This document shows, in pieces, positions 1 through 10,955 of a stretch of 64,000 nt of DNA. The position numbers and the translations under genes are program-made. The first letter of the stretch is position 1. Each line of letters opens with the position of its first letter. Below the pieces are notes generated by a model. The model did no database searches. It had not been told where the DNA came from and saw only the letters and a program-made list of their open reading frames with translations. Origin of the DNA: Myxococcales bacterium (GTDB lineage: Bacteria; Myxococcota_A; Polyangia; Polyangiales; DASUME01). Where the stretch lies: contig JASGJH010000001.1 in assembly GCA_047601445.1 (NCBI GenBank), forward strand, positions 3,104,001 to 3,168,000, in the 5' to 3' direction.

Positions 1-93
1 TGCCAGTGGCAGCGCAGCGGCAGCCAGGACCAGTGCAAGCCCGAAGACCTCAACCGCAGCGCCTTCTTGGCCTGGATCGATTGCCGGCTATGA
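1..93 (+). CDS. 3' end of a hypothetical protein truncated by the window edge
   Basis: Frame 1 is open (CQWQRSGSQDQCKPEDLNRSAFLAWIDCRL*). Its TGA overlaps the ATG at 90 (ATGA coupling). Confidence 0.55.
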   Translation, partial: CQWQRSGSQDQCKPEDLNRSAFLAWIDCRL

Positions 94-749
94 AGCGCTT
101 GTCTCCACTCGCGCGCCCGGAGGCGCTCTCTTCTCGGCTCGCGCGCCCGAAGGCGCGCCTTGACCGACTCCTCCCTCTCGTCCTGTTGGCTGCGAGCGTC
201 GCGGCATGTGACGAGACGCCCGCTGCTCCGGCGCCCGAGGCGGCCCGCGTCGTGGCCGTCACGGCAGCCAAGAATCAAGGCAACGAATCCGACCTTTGCG
301 ACGTGCTCAAGAGCCCAGAGACCGCGCCCACGTTCGCCTTTCCGACCGCCCTCGAGGGCACCCCGAAGTCGGGCGTGAGCGGTTGGCGCTGGATCAACGT
401 GTGGGCCACCTGGTGCCCCCCCTGCATCGAAGAGCTGCCGCTGATCACGCGCTTCCAAAGTGAGCTCGCGGCCAAGGGCACGTCGGTCTCGCTCGAGCTG
501 CTATCCGTCGACGTGAGCGCCGACCTGGTCCAGAAGTTCAGCGAATCGCACCCGGAAACCAAGCAGAGCTTGCGCGTGACCGATCCCGCCACGCTGGAGG
601 GCTGGCTCGTGAGTCTGGGACTCGACGCAGGCGCCACGCTGCCCGTGCACATCTTCGTGGACGGCGCCAACAAGGTTCGCTGCGCGCGCACCGGCGCCCT
701 ACGCGATGCGGATCTTCCGCTGCTCAAGAAGCTGCTGACCGGTCGGTAA
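90..749 (+). CDS. TlpA/ResA-family thiol:disulfide redoxin, probable lipoprotein
   Basis: NVWATWCPPC thioredoxin motif, VAAC lipobox, LPxH cis-Pro region. Confidence 0.85.
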   Translation: MKRLSPLARPEALSSRLARPKARLDRLLPLVLLAASVAACDETPAAPAPEAARVVAVTAAKNQGNESDLCDVLKSPETAPTFAFPTALEGTPKSGVSGWRWINVWATWCPPCIEELPLITRFQSELAAKGTSVSLELLSVDVSADLVQKFSESHPETKQSLRVTDPATLEGWLVSLGLDAGATLPVHIFVDGANKVRCARTGALRDADLPLLKKLLTGR

Positions 750-752
750 AGG

Positions 753-2049
753 CTACTTCAGTTGCATGCGGGTCGCGTCGACCGTCCCGCCCACACTGAC
801 AGCGCGCTCGTAGTACTTCTTCGCAGAGGCCTTGTCGCCGCGCGCGCGCATGACGTCGCCGTAGAGCACCAGGGCCTTGGGGTTGGTCGGGTGGGCGGCG
901 AGCAAGCGGTCGAGGAAGCCCGCGGCGAGCGTGGTGCGGCGATTCTCGAGCGCGACCTCCGCGGCGCGTACGAGCCCGGTGGCGTTCTTGGGATCGGAGA
1001 TCGGCTGCGTGTCGGAAGGTATCGATGCCTTCGTCCACCAGGCCTTGCTTCACCTGGATCTCTGCGAGCAAGAGCGTGGCCCGCGCATCGTTCGCGACCA
1101 GCGCGAGTGCGGCCTTCACCTCCGCCTCGGCCTCGGCCGGCTGAGCCTTCGCGAGCAACACCTCGGCCAGACCCAGGTGGGCGGCGAGCATGTTGCGATC
1201 GGTGGCCAAGGCCTTGCGATAGCCGTCCTCGGCCCCCGCGAGTTCGCCCGCCTGCCGCTGCGCGTCGCCCAGGGCGCGCGCTGCGTCAGCCCAGCCGGGT
1301 CGTCCAGCTACAGCCTGCGCGAGCAGATTGCGCGCCTCGGGCGTGCTCCCCAGCAACACGCCGAGTTCGTACTGAATCTCCGGCCACAGCGGGTCCAGGG
1401 ACAGGGCTTCGCGCAGCGACGCGACGGCGTCGTCCTTCTGACCGGCCGCCGCGTAGAGGCGCCCGAGTCCGAGCCCTGCCTCGGCGGCGAGCCCGCGGTT
1501 CTCCTTGCCTCGCTTGTAAGCAGTCTCGGCCTCGGCGACCTGGTTGCGGATGCGATGAGCATGGCCGAGCACGAGCTGCGCCTCACCGAGGTTCGGATCC
1601 TGGGCGGTGGCTGCGGCGAGTTCCTCGAAGGCGCGCTCGCTTCGATTCCAGGCCAGGAACGCGCGCGCCATGCAGACGTGGGCGAGCGCCGATCCCTTTT
1701 GCTCCTTGAATAGCTTCTTGCACTGATTCCGTGCTTGCTTGTAGTCGCCTTGCGCGATGGCGACCTCGGCCCGTTGGGTCACGGCCTGGGGATCGAGCGG
1801 CGCGAGCCCCTCGGCTCGCTCGAACTGCTTCGCGGCGTCGGCGAAGCGCCCGGCGCGCAAGTAGGCGCGGCCCAGCGCGCTCTGCGCGGCGAGATCCTTG
1901 GGTGCTGCCTTGGCGGCCGCTTCCAGGGCAGGCAGCTCACCGGCCTGTGCGGAGCCCGGCGCAGGCTCGAACGCGGCCAGGGCAAGCAGGACACCTGCAC
2001 CAAGTAGGGGACGAAGACGAAGGGGCAGACGAGAGCGTTCGAACTTCAT
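753..2049 (-). CDS. Exported TPR-repeat protein with a single-base frameshift near 996 (probable sequencing error)
   Basis: Signal peptide and many TPRs. Removing one base at 996-997 restores ...HAADLDPKNATGLVRAAE...RMQLK*, ending at TAG 753-755. Confidence 0.8.
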
Positions 2050-2277
2050 GGGGAATGACTCCGAGGGACCTGGGGTTCCCAGGTCGAAGCGCGCCCTGGA
2101 GCGCGCAAGCGAAGGAGCGAGGCTAGCCACGAGCCTGGACGGGCCGCATTCTGCACGGACAGCCGGGCGCGGCCAAAGCTTCAGTGCAGTCGACTCGCCC
2201 ATCGAGTGCACGAAGCACGGGCGGCGCCTTCGGAGCGTAGTCGAGCCCACAGGTAGGGGGTGTGCTAGCGTGCCCGG

Positions 2278-3063
2278 GTGCGCTTCGTTCCAGCCTTCAT
2301 GAGCCTGCTAGTGTGTTCGCTGGCCTGTCTAGTCGCGTCCTGCGCCGCCACCAAGAAGACCGGCGTGTACACCGAGGACGCCCGCATCGCCTACGAGAAA
2401 GCCATGGAGGCCTTCGAGAACGAAGACTGCATCACGGCGGAGCCTCTGTTCCGCGACATCCGCGCCAATTATCCCTACACGCGCTACGCGGCTCTTTCCG
2501 AGCTGCGCGAGGCGGACTGCCTGGCGATCCAGGACAAGCACGTGGAGGCTATCGAGATCTACGAGCGCTTCGCGCGGGTGCGCGCCTCCCACGAGAGTGT
2601 CCCGTACGCCCGCTTCAAGGCGGCCGAGTCGCAGTACCAGCAAATCCCCACCGAGTGGTTCCTGTCCCCGCCCGCCTACGAGCGCGACATGCGGGCCGCC
2701 CGTGACGCCCTCAAGGATTTGCGGCGCTATCTGCTGGATTTCCCCTACGACGAGAACGCCGACAAGGCCGCCGAGATGGAGAAAAAGACGCTCGCGCTGC
2801 TCGCTCAGCACGAGCTCTACGTGGCCGACTTTTACCTCAAGCGGGAACACCCGGAGGCCGCCATCAAGCGCCTCACCGGCATGCTCCAGACCTACGAAGG
2901 CAGCGGCTTCGAACCCCAGGCCATGCTCCTGATGGGCCGCACCCAGCTGATGATGAAGGCCGTCCCCCAGGCCCATGCCACCTTTCGCGAGCTCATCGCA
3001 CGTTATCCGCAGTCCGGAAGTGCGGTACAGGCTGAGCGCTTTCTGGCCGAGACAGGGGGATGA
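2278..3063 (+). CDS. bamD: Outer membrane protein assembly factor BamD
   Basis: VASC lipobox, YPYTRYA and PYARFK motifs, LAQHELYVADFYLKR, TPRs. Confidence 0.88.
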   Translation: MRFVPAFMSLLVCSLACLVASCAATKKTGVYTEDARIAYEKAMEAFENEDCITAEPLFRDIRANYPYTRYAALSELREADCLAIQDKHVEAIEIYERFARVRASHESVPYARFKAAESQYQQIPTEWFLSPPAYERDMRAARDALKDLRRYLLDFPYDENADKAAEMEKKTLALLAQHELYVADFYLKREHPEAAIKRLTGMLQTYEGSGFEPQAMLLMGRTQLMMKAVPQAHATFRELIARYPQSGSAVQAERFLAETGG

Positions 3064-3081
3064 CAGGATAACCTGTCGTTC

Positions 3082-3810
3082 ATGGATGAGCGCACCAAGC
3101 AACTCCTGACACTTGGTCGGGAGCACTACACACGCGGAGAGTTCGACAAGGCGGAGCACTACTTCCAACAAGTGCTCGAGCGCCATGTGTCGGCGGCGGA
3201 CGTGTACAACATGCTCGGTGTGATCTTTCACGATCGGGGTCAGTTCGAAGAAGCGCAGGCGGCATTCGAAGAAGCCCTGGCGATCAACCCTTCGTACACG
3301 GAAGCAGCGCTCAACCTTGCGGTCGCCTACAACGACCTCGGCCGCTACGAAGAAGCCAAACGCGTGTATCGCGGCGCGCTCTCTCAGGGCAATCGTTCCG
3401 CGGGCGGCGTCACGCCCTTCGTCCGCGGGAAAATCGCGAACATGCACGCCGACGTGGCCCAGGCCTACGCCGACGCGGGCATGGTGAGCGAGGCCATGCA
3501 CGAGCTGCGCAAGGCGGTACTGCTCTGCCCGACCTTCGCCGACCTTCGGTTGCGCCTGGCCAACCTCTACCGCGAGACCGGTGATTACGAGGCCGCCGCT
3601 TACGAGCTCGACGAAGCCCTGAAGGTGAAGCCCCTGTACGTGCCGGCCCAGATCGCGCTCGGGGTGGTGCGGTTCTCGCTGGGCGAAGTGCCCACGGCCA
3701 TCAAGTGCTGGGAGCGCGTGCTGGAACTCGACCCACAAAATCGCGCCGCTCACATGTACCTGCGGATGGTCCAGAACGCGCCGGCGTCGATCCCCCCTGC
3801 GTCACGCTGA
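3082..3810 (+). CDS. Cytoplasmic TPR protein
   Basis: Tandem TPRs (ADVYNMLG, ALAINPSY, VLELDPQN). Confidence 0.85.
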   Translation: MDERTKQLLTLGREHYTRGEFDKAEHYFQQVLERHVSAADVYNMLGVIFHDRGQFEEAQAAFEEALAINPSYTEAALNLAVAYNDLGRYEEAKRVYRGALSQGNRSAGGVTPFVRGKIANMHADVAQAYADAGMVSEAMHELRKAVLLCPTFADLRLRLANLYRETGDYEAAAYELDEALKVKPLYVPAQIALGVVRFSLGEVPTAIKCWERVLELDPQNRAAHMYLRMVQNAPASIPPASR

Positions 3811-4188
3811 ACGACGCAGTGCGTTGCTGCAGCAGTTCCGCTGCGCTTGGTGGCAGCCCCGCCCACTTCGAGCGAGCTCAAAGGCGAATTTCGAGACTCG
3901 CGCTCACCCGCACGTGTGCTCCGGGTCACTTCTGGTGTCACTGGCGTCAGCGATCTTTTCCGCTGCTATCGAACCCATCACAGTGGTGCGGAAACTGGTA
4001 AGTCGGGGGGCCTCTCGGACCGCTTAGCGGGGTTTCAGAGGGGCAGGCGCCTGTGTAAGATACCGCCAGTTTCCGAATGGATACGCCCCCACCCGGCTGC
4101 GCCGACCGATGATTGGTCGACGCGCTGGTCCGTGCATTGTGCGCGCGCTGGTCGGGGCGGTGCCATCGAGGCGCGACCGAAGGTAACC

Positions 4189-7100
4189 ATGAGCACTCTG
4201 GAGTTCCTGCAAGGTGAACTCGAACGTCTGTTCGAGCTCGACAAGATGATGGCGCTGAGCACCGACCTGCTCGGGCTCGATCCCAGTGAAGTGGGCGGCA
4301 CCAACGCCAAGGGCACCTTCGCGCGCGCCCTCGCCCGTCACTGCGCGGAGCGTCAGGCGCTGGCCGCGCTGGAAGACGCCATTCGCTTCTCGGTGAAGAA
4401 CGGTGCGCTGATCGAAGCGCCCCGCGTAGTGGAGGAGCCCGAGCTCACGCCTGGCAGCATGGTGGGAGGCTTCAAGATCCTCAAGCGTGTGGCCCAGGGC
4501 CCGCTGGCCGTGGTCTATCTGGCCGAACGCCCCGCGCCGAGCAACGGACACACCGAGCGCGCCGCGATCAAGGTGTTCCGCGAGGACAGCACGCGCGACC
4601 GCGCGGCGGCAGCTCGCCTGCTGACGGCGGCACGCGCGCTCAAGAGCGTGCAGGACACGGGCCTCGCTTCGATTTACGAAGCGGGCACCTTGCCGGACGG
4701 CCGCCTCTTCGTGGCCAGCGAGTACATCGCCGGCCAGACGCTGGCGGGGCGCATGGGGCGCTCGGGCGCCGTGCACTTCAGCGAAGTGCGGCCCGTCGCG
4801 CGGACCTTGCTCAAGGGCCTCGCCACCCTGCACAAGCGTGGCTTCTTGCACGGTCACCTGAAGGCCGAAAACGTGTTCATCGTGCGCCAGGCGGGTGCCG
4901 AGGGGGAGCGCTCGGAGCCCTACGGTGTGCTGACGGATCTGGCCACGGGACGCTTGCTCGCCTCGGGAGAGAAGAGCTTGCCGTCGGTGTTGCGCCTGGT
5001 CGGCGATCCTTCGAGCATGGCGCCCGAAGTGGCGCGCGGAGGCGAGCCCGATGCGCGCAGCGAGGTCTATGCCGTGGGCTGTCTGCTCTATCACGCGCTT
5101 TCGGGACAGGCGGTGTTCGATGCCCCCACGCCGATCGAGCAGATCACGGCGCACTTGATGGAAGAACCGGTGCCGCTCTCCGAGCGTGCCCCACGCGGCT
5201 GGATCAGCCCCGAGCTCGAGAACGTGATCGCGCGCGCCCTCAGCAAGGAGCCCAGCGAGCGCTACGAGACGGCCCGTGACTTCGCCGACGCTCTCGAGGA
5301 CATCGGCCGCAACAGCACGTTCCCCGGCACCGAGGCGCCTGCCCTCGATATGCAGGACCTGCTCGCCGCCATCGCGGCCTTTCAGGCCTACCCGAACGAC
5401 GAAGGTCTGGCCGCGCAGCTCGAAGCGCTGGTGAGCCCCTCGGGCAGCTGGCACCACGTGGTCGACGTGTTCCTCGAGGCGGCCGACGCCGTGGATCACG
5501 GTCCCACCAAGAAGCACCTCTTGTTCCGCACCGCGCGCGTGCTCGCGGACGAGCAGAAGGACATGGAGGCGGCCGAACGCGTGTACCGCGTGGTGCTCGA
5601 GTACGACCCGAGCGATGCCCAGGCCCACAACGCCATCGAGGAGCTGCACCGCAGCGCCGGTAACCACGAGGGCCTCGTCAGCCTCTTGCTCGATCGCCTG
5701 GAGAGCGAGACCGACGGCAACGTGCGCGCCGGCATCTTGCGCGAGGTGGCCTCGCTCTACGAGGAAGAGCTCGGCGCCGAGGAGAACGCTTTCGTGGCCT
5801 GGACTCAGGCGCTGGCGGAAGATCCCGACGACCCGCGCGCGGCCCGTGCCATCGAACGCCTGGCGAACACGCCCGAGCAATGGCTCGAAGCCATCGACTC
5901 CTTGCAGGAGCCGCTCGACAATCCGGAGCGCCTGCAGGCCTCGGTGTCGCTCTCGCTGGTGGTGGCGCAGTGGTACACGAAGCGCCTCGCACGACCGGAC
6001 CTGGCCTTACCCTATTTGACCCGCGCCCTGCAGGTCGATCCCGCCCACGAGCCCGCACTGGAGGCCATGACCTCCATCTACCGCGACGCCCAGTCGTGGA
6101 CCGAACTCGTGCAGATCCTGATGCACCGCGCCGATAGCGCGAACCCGGCGCGCACCCGCGACCTCAAGGCCGAGGCCGCCTCCGTGCTGCACCACAAGAT
6201 CGGCGACACCGCCTCGGCGGCCAGCATCTTCGAGGCCATTTTCGCCGACGATCCCACGCATCCCGGCGCGCTCGAGGCGCTCGAGGAGATCTACCTCAAC
6301 GAGGGAGCGCTGGAGAAGCTGGCCGAGCTGTTCGCGCAGAAGGCGAAGGAGCAGCGCGGCACCCAGCGCGCCGACACGCTGTGCGACCTGGCGATGCTGC
6401 ACGAGGAGGGCCTGGAAGACCTCGAGGGCGCCCTCACCCACTACAACGCAGCGCTGGCGGTGGACGACAAACACCTGGTGGCGCTCAAGGGACTCGAGCG
6501 CGCCTACACGCAGCTCAACCGGGGCAACGATCTACGGACGACCCTGGAAAAGCAGCTGGCGCTGGCGGCGACGCCCGGTCAACGCATCGAGCTTCTGGAG
6601 CGTCTCGGTGCGCTGCTCGAGGGGCAGCTCGAGAACCCGGCTCAGGCGGCCACGTTCTACGAGCAGGTCATCGAACTCGCGCCCAGCCACGAAGGCGCCA
6701 ACCTGGCGCTGGCGCGGCTGTACCGCGGACTGCATCGCTTCGAGGACCTCGCGCAGACCCTGGATCGCCACGCCAAGGGCGTGGAAGACACGACGCGCAA
6801 GGCCGACCTGTTGATGCAGGCCGCCCGCGTGTTGATGGCGGATCTGGGCTCGCCCGAACGCGCGGCCTTCGTCTGCGAGCGCGTGCTCGCCACGGTGCCG
6901 GGACACATGGAAGCGCTGTCTCTCACGGCGCGCATTCGGGCCCTCGCGGGCGACTCGGTGGCGGCGCTCGACGCGCTCGAGCTGCTGGCCGACACGGAGC
7001 AGGATCCCACCAAGAAGGCCGAGCTGTGGGTGCGCGCAGGTCAGATGCTGGAACAGGGCGACAACCTGGACGGCGCCGTGGATCGCTACACCCTCGCGCT

Positions 7101-9510
7101 CGAGTCCGATGCGCACCACGAACCCGCCCTGGAAGCCTTGAGCCGCCTTTGCGAGCGGCGGGGTGACACCCGCGGTCAGGCCGAGCTCTTGCTGCGCAAG
7201 GTGGAGTTCGCCGAGGAACCCACGACGCGCGCCGCGCGCCTGGTGACGCTGGGCCAGTTCCGCCTGAACACGCTCAAGGACAAGGCCCTGGCCGGCGACG
7301 CTTTCGCGCAGGCTCGCGAGCTCGATCCGGACAACCTCGAGGCAGCCGTGGGCCTCGGCCACCTGGCGCTCGAGCAAAAGAACTTCGCTGAAGCCGCCGA
7401 GCTACTCGAGCCCGCGCTGGAGCACACCACGGAGCTCAGTCGCGACGTGGCGCTCGACGCGTGCCTGGGCGCTGGCGATGCGCTCCGCGCGCTGGATCAG
7501 CTGCCCAATGCCGAGCGCGCCTACCTCAAGGCCAAGGCCATTTCCCCGGACGATCGCCGGGTGTTGGAGCGGCTCGCCGAGGTGGCTGTGATCAGCAACA
7601 ACCACCACGAAGCCGGCATCCTGTTCGGCAGGCTGCTCGACCGCTTCGGGGCCAACCTCACCCCAGCAGAACGAGGCCAGCTGCTGCTGTCGCTCGGACG
7701 CGCCAAGAAGGAGAGCGGAGACCTCACGGCGGCGGCCTCGAGCTTCAGCCAGGCCAGCGAGCTCCTGCTCGAGTCCCCCGAACCGCTGGACGCCCTCTAC
7801 GACGTGCAGGTTCACAAGCGAAACTGGGATGCCGCGGGCCGCACGCTGCGTCGGCGCATCGATCTGGCGCAGGACGACCAGGAGCGCTTCGAGCTCTGGA
7901 TGAAGACGGGCGAACTCTACGCGACCCACATGCGCGACCGCGACCGCGCGGCGAAGGCCTATGTGACCGCGCTCGAGCTCAACGCCGGCGACCGCAACTT
8001 GCTGAGCAAGTTGATGGCGCTGTACTCGGAGGCCAAGGACTGGACGCGCCTGCTCGAGGTGCTCGTGAAGATGGCGGGCGTGGTCGACGAGCCGGCGTTG
8101 CGCGGCAAGTACTTCCACACGGCGGCTTCGGTGGCGCATCAGGAGCTCGGGGCGTTCGATCAGGCCATCGAGTACTACGAGAAGGCGCTCGTCAGCGAAC
8201 CCACCCTCGAGGCCGCGTTCCGCGGTCTCGCCGACTGCCTGCAGCGCGGCGGTGATTGGCAGGGGCTCGCCCGCGCCTACCGCTCGCAGATCGAGCGCAC
8301 GAAGAGCGCGATCTCCGGGGAGCAGCTGGCTGCGCTCTGGAACAACCTGGCCGAGCTCTACCACTACCGCCTCAACCGCATCGACGAGGCCGTGGTGGCC
8401 TACGAGGCAGCGCAAAACCTCGATCCCGAGAACCGTCAGCGCACCGAGCGCCTGGTCGAGATCTACAGCAAGCACCCCAATCGCTACGGCGAGCGCGCCA
8501 TCGGCGCCCACTCGGCGCTGCTGGCCCAGAACCCCTACCGCATCGAGTCCTATCGCGGCCTGCGTAAGCTCTACACGCAGCTGTCACGTCCGGACGAAGC
8601 CTGGGCCGTGTGCCAGGCGCTGCGCAGCTTGAACATGGCGGAGCCCGACGAGGAGGCGTTCTTCAAGCGCCACCGCGTGCAGGCCCCCGCCACCGCCCGC
8701 GAGTGCATCACCGAGCAGATCTGGGAGGAGTACATCCTGTCGTCCGAGCAGGACGCACTCCTGACCAGCATCTTCGCGATGATCCAGCCCGCGGCGGTGA
8801 GCGAGCTGGCCCAGGAGCCCGAGAATTTCGGGATCGACCGCGGCGCACCCATCGATTGCCAGGCTGAATCGGCCACGATGGCGCAGATGCTGTTCTATGC
8901 ATCGGGCGTCACGCTGGTCCCGCTGCCCCCCGTCTTCTATCAACCGCAGTCGGGCGGCGGCGTCTCCTTCCTGTTCACCAATCCGCCGTCGATCGGCCTC
9001 GGGCAGGCCGCCTTCCAGAGCGCGCCCGATCAGGCCCTGGCGTTCATCGCCGGCCGCCAGCTCTCGTACATGCGTCCGGGCCACTACATGCGTCAGCTGG
9101 TGCCCACCGGCAGCGGCTTGCGCAGCTGGCTCCTGGCCGCGATCCGCCTCGCCAACCCTCGCTTTCCGGTGCCCGAGAACATGCGGGCGCAGGTGGAGCG
9201 CAACCACCGCGCCCTCGTGAGCATGCTGCACGGCCCCACGCAGCAGACCCTGACCAGTTTGGTCGAGAAGCTCCTCAAGGAGCAGCCCGAGCTCGACATG
9301 AAGCGCTGGGCGATGGCCGTGGACATCACGGCCGACCGGGTGGGCTTCGTGCTTGCCAACAGCCTCGACGCCGCCGTGGCCGTGGTGCGGGCAAGCCCCG
9401 CCGACAGCAGCTACGCGAGCGAACGCGACCGGCTCAAGGAGCTCTACCTGTACGCCGTCTCTCCGCGCTACCTGGCGCTGCGCCAGGCCATCGGCGTCAC
9501 CATCGGCTAG
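4189..9510 (+). CDS. Giant protein: EAD-like N-terminal domain, Ser/Thr pseudokinase, long TPR array, myxobacterial C-terminal zincin-like domain
   Basis: Kinase fold (AAIKVF, HGHLKAENV, MAPE), >1000 aa of TPRs, C-terminal ADRVGFVLANSL region. ATG 4189 follows AAGG. Confidence 0.8.
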   Translation: MSTLEFLQGELERLFELDKMMALSTDLLGLDPSEVGGTNAKGTFARALARHCAERQALAALEDAIRFSVKNGALIEAPRVVEEPELTPGSMVGGFKILKRVAQGPLAVVYLAERPAPSNGHTERAAIKVFREDSTRDRAAAARLLTAARALKSVQDTGLASIYEAGTLPDGRLFVASEYIAGQTLAGRMGRSGAVHFSEVRPVARTLLKGLATLHKRGFLHGHLKAENVFIVRQAGAEGERSEPYGVLTDLATGRLLASGEKSLPSVLRLVGDPSSMAPEVARGGEPDARSEVYAVGCLLYHALSGQAVFDAPTPIEQITAHLMEEPVPLSERAPRGWISPELENVIARALSKEPSERYETARDFADALEDIGRNSTFPGTEAPALDMQDLLAAIAAFQAYPNDEGLAAQLEALVSPSGSWHHVVDVFLEAADAVDHGPTKKHLLFRTARVLADEQKDMEAAERVYRVVLEYDPSDAQAHNAIEELHRSAGNHEGLVSLLLDRLESETDGNVRAGILREVASLYEEELGAEENAFVAWTQALAEDPDDPRAARAIERLANTPEQWLEAIDSLQEPLDNPERLQASVSLSLVVAQWYTKRLARPDLALPYLTRALQVDPAHEPALEAMTSIYRDAQSWTELVQILMHRADSANPARTRDLKAEAASVLHHKIGDTASAASIFEAIFADDPTHPGALEALEEIYLNEGALEKLAELFAQKAKEQRGTQRADTLCDLAMLHEEGLEDLEGALTHYNAALAVDDKHLVALKGLERAYTQLNRGNDLRTTLEKQLALAATPGQRIELLERLGALLEGQLENPAQAATFYEQVIELAPSHEGANLALARLYRGLHRFEDLAQTLDRHAKGVEDTTRKADLLMQAARVLMADLGSPERAAFVCERVLATVPGHMEALSLTARIRALAGDSVAALDALELLADTEQDPTKKAELWVRAGQMLEQGDNLDGAVDRYTLALESDAHHEPALEALSRLCERRGDTRGQAELLLRKVEFAEEPTTRAARLVTLGQFRLNTLKDKALAGDAFAQARELDPDNLEAAVGLGHLALEQKNFAEAAELLEPALEHTTELSRDVALDACLGAGDALRALDQLPNAERAYLKAKAISPDDRRVLERLAEVAVISNNHHEAGILFGRLLDRFGANLTPAERGQLLLSLGRAKKESGDLTAAASSFSQASELLLESPEPLDALYDVQVHKRNWDAAGRTLRRRIDLAQDDQERFELWMKTGELYATHMRDRDRAAKAYVTALELNAGDRNLLSKLMALYSEAKDWTRLLEVLVKMAGVVDEPALRGKYFHTAASVAHQELGAFDQAIEYYEKALVSEPTLEAAFRGLADCLQRGGDWQGLARAYRSQIERTKSAISGEQLAALWNNLAELYHYRLNRIDEAVVAYEAAQNLDPENRQRTERLVEIYSKHPNRYGERAIGAHSALLAQNPYRIESYRGLRKLYTQLSRPDEAWAVCQALRSLNMAEPDEEAFFKRHRVQAPATARECITEQIWEEYILSSEQDALLTSIFAMIQPAAVSELAQEPENFGIDRGAPIDCQAESATMAQMLFYASGVTLVPLPPVFYQPQSGGGVSFLFTNPPSIGLGQAAFQSAPDQALAFIAGRQLSYMRPGHYMRQLVPTGSGLRSWLLAAIRLANPRFPVPENMRAQVERNHRALVSMLHGPTQQTLTSLVEKLLKEQPELDMKRWAMAVDITADRVGFVLANSLDAAVAVVRASPADSSYASERDRLKELYLYAVSPRYLALRQAIGVTIG

Positions 9511-9791
9511 CGGGATCACAGGTCGGAAGGCGGCCGTTCCAGAATCGCCTTCCGGCTCACATCACGCGGCGCGGAGACGCGGAGATTCCATAGCGATCTC
9601 GTCGAATCTGGGTGCGCTGCCCACGTGCGAGCACGTTTTGCGGAGGTTGTTCGCCTCCCTCCACGTGCCTGCGTGGTAGCGTGTAGCCAAGAGCTGCGTC
9701 ATTCGGCGCACTTGGAGCGACCAGGATCCTATAGAAAGCTCGAAGAAGCCTCGTGGGCGCAGCCGCCCACTTCGACGAGCCGAGGAGTTAC

Positions 9792-10952
9792 ATGCCAGAA
9801 ATCGAGTCGGAAGCCCCGAGTCAACCTGTCCGCGTGTCCACTGAGGTGGAGGTTCTCGATAACGGTCTCTTGCTCGCACTCACCGGCCCTGGCGGAGCCA
9901 ACCTCAAACCGCTCGAACGCGCCTTCGGCATCGGCATCGGCCTGCGCGGCAATACCATTCGCTTGATCGGCCCCGCTCCCTCGGTGACGCTGGCAGAGCG
10001 TGCCCTCACCGAGTTACTCGAGCTGGTGCGGCGCGGCTCGCACCTCGGCGAGCGCGAAGTCGAGCGCAGCATCGAGACGCTGCGGCGGCATCCCGAGGTG
10101 AAGCTCACCGAGATGCTCGACGACGTGATCACGGTGGGCACCGGCAAGCGCGGCGTGCAGCCCAAGGGCGTGGCCCAGCAGCAATACATCCGCTCGATGC
10201 GCATGCACGACGTGGTGTTCGGCGTGGGTCCCGCGGGTACCGGCAAGACCTACCTGGCGATGGCGGCCGCAGTGTCGGCGCTCCTCGCGCGCAAATACAA
10301 GCGCATCATCCTCACGCGTCCGGCCGTGGAAGCAGGCGAAAAGCTCGGCTTCTTGCCCGGTGATCTCGCGGAGAAGGTGAACCCCTACCTGCGCCCGCTC
10401 TACGACGCCCTGCACGACATGATGGACATGGAGCGCGCCCAGGACCTGCTGCAGCGCGGGACCATCGAGGTGGCACCGCTTGCGTTCATGCGTGGTCGCA
10501 CGCTCAACTCGAGCTTCGTGATCCTCGACGAGGCGCAGAACACCACCGTCGATCAGATGAAGATGTTCTTGACGCGTCTCGGTTACGACTCGAAGGCAGT
10601 CATCACGGGTGACGTCACGCAGGTGGACTTGCCCGACGGTCGCAAGAGCGGCCTGTCGGACGCCATTCGCCTGCTCGGCAATGTGGAAGGCATCGCCATC
10701 AACCGCTTCACGGACGTGGACGTGGTGCGCCATCCGCTCGTGCAACGCATCATCCGAGCCTACGACGCCCGGACCGAGCAGCAGGCCCAGCGCCGTGAGT
10801 TGAGCGGCTTCCGTGGCGAGCGCGAGCGTGAAGACATGCAGCGCTACCGGGCGCGCCCCAATCAGCGCGACGACGCCGAGGAGTACGACAACGGTCGCGC
10901 CCACGAGGATGAAGACGACCAGCCGCACGACGACCGGCCGCGAGAGGACTGA
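9792..10952 (+). CDS. phoH: PhoH family ATPase
   Basis: [49 protein letters not shown]. Confidence 0.95.
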   Translation: MPEIESEAPSQPVRVSTEVEVLDNGLLLALTGPGGANLKPLERAFGIGIGLRGNTIRLIGPAPSVTLAERALTELLELVRRGSHLGEREVERSIETLRRHPEVKLTEMLDDVITVGTGKRGVQPKGVAQQQYIRSMRMHDVVFGVGPAGTGKTYLAMAAAVSALLARKYKRIILTRPAVEAGEKLGFLPGDLAEKVNPYLRPLYDALHDMMDMERAQDLLQRGTIEVAPLAFMRGRTLNSSFVILDEAQNTTVDQMKMFLTRLGYDSKAVITGDVTQVDLPDGRKSGLSDAIRLLGNVEGIAINRFTDVDVVRHPLVQRIIRAYDARTEQQAQRRELSGFRGEREREDMQRYRARPNQRDDAEEYDNGRAHEDEDDQPHDDRPRED

Positions 10953-10955
10953 CGC

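Noticed and set aside
3847..4188. N-terminal extensions in the ORF track (also 2050-2250, 28027-28329, 48211-48420)
   Set aside because: Low-complexity translation before the recognisable domain start. Better starts with RBS or -10 elements lie downstream.
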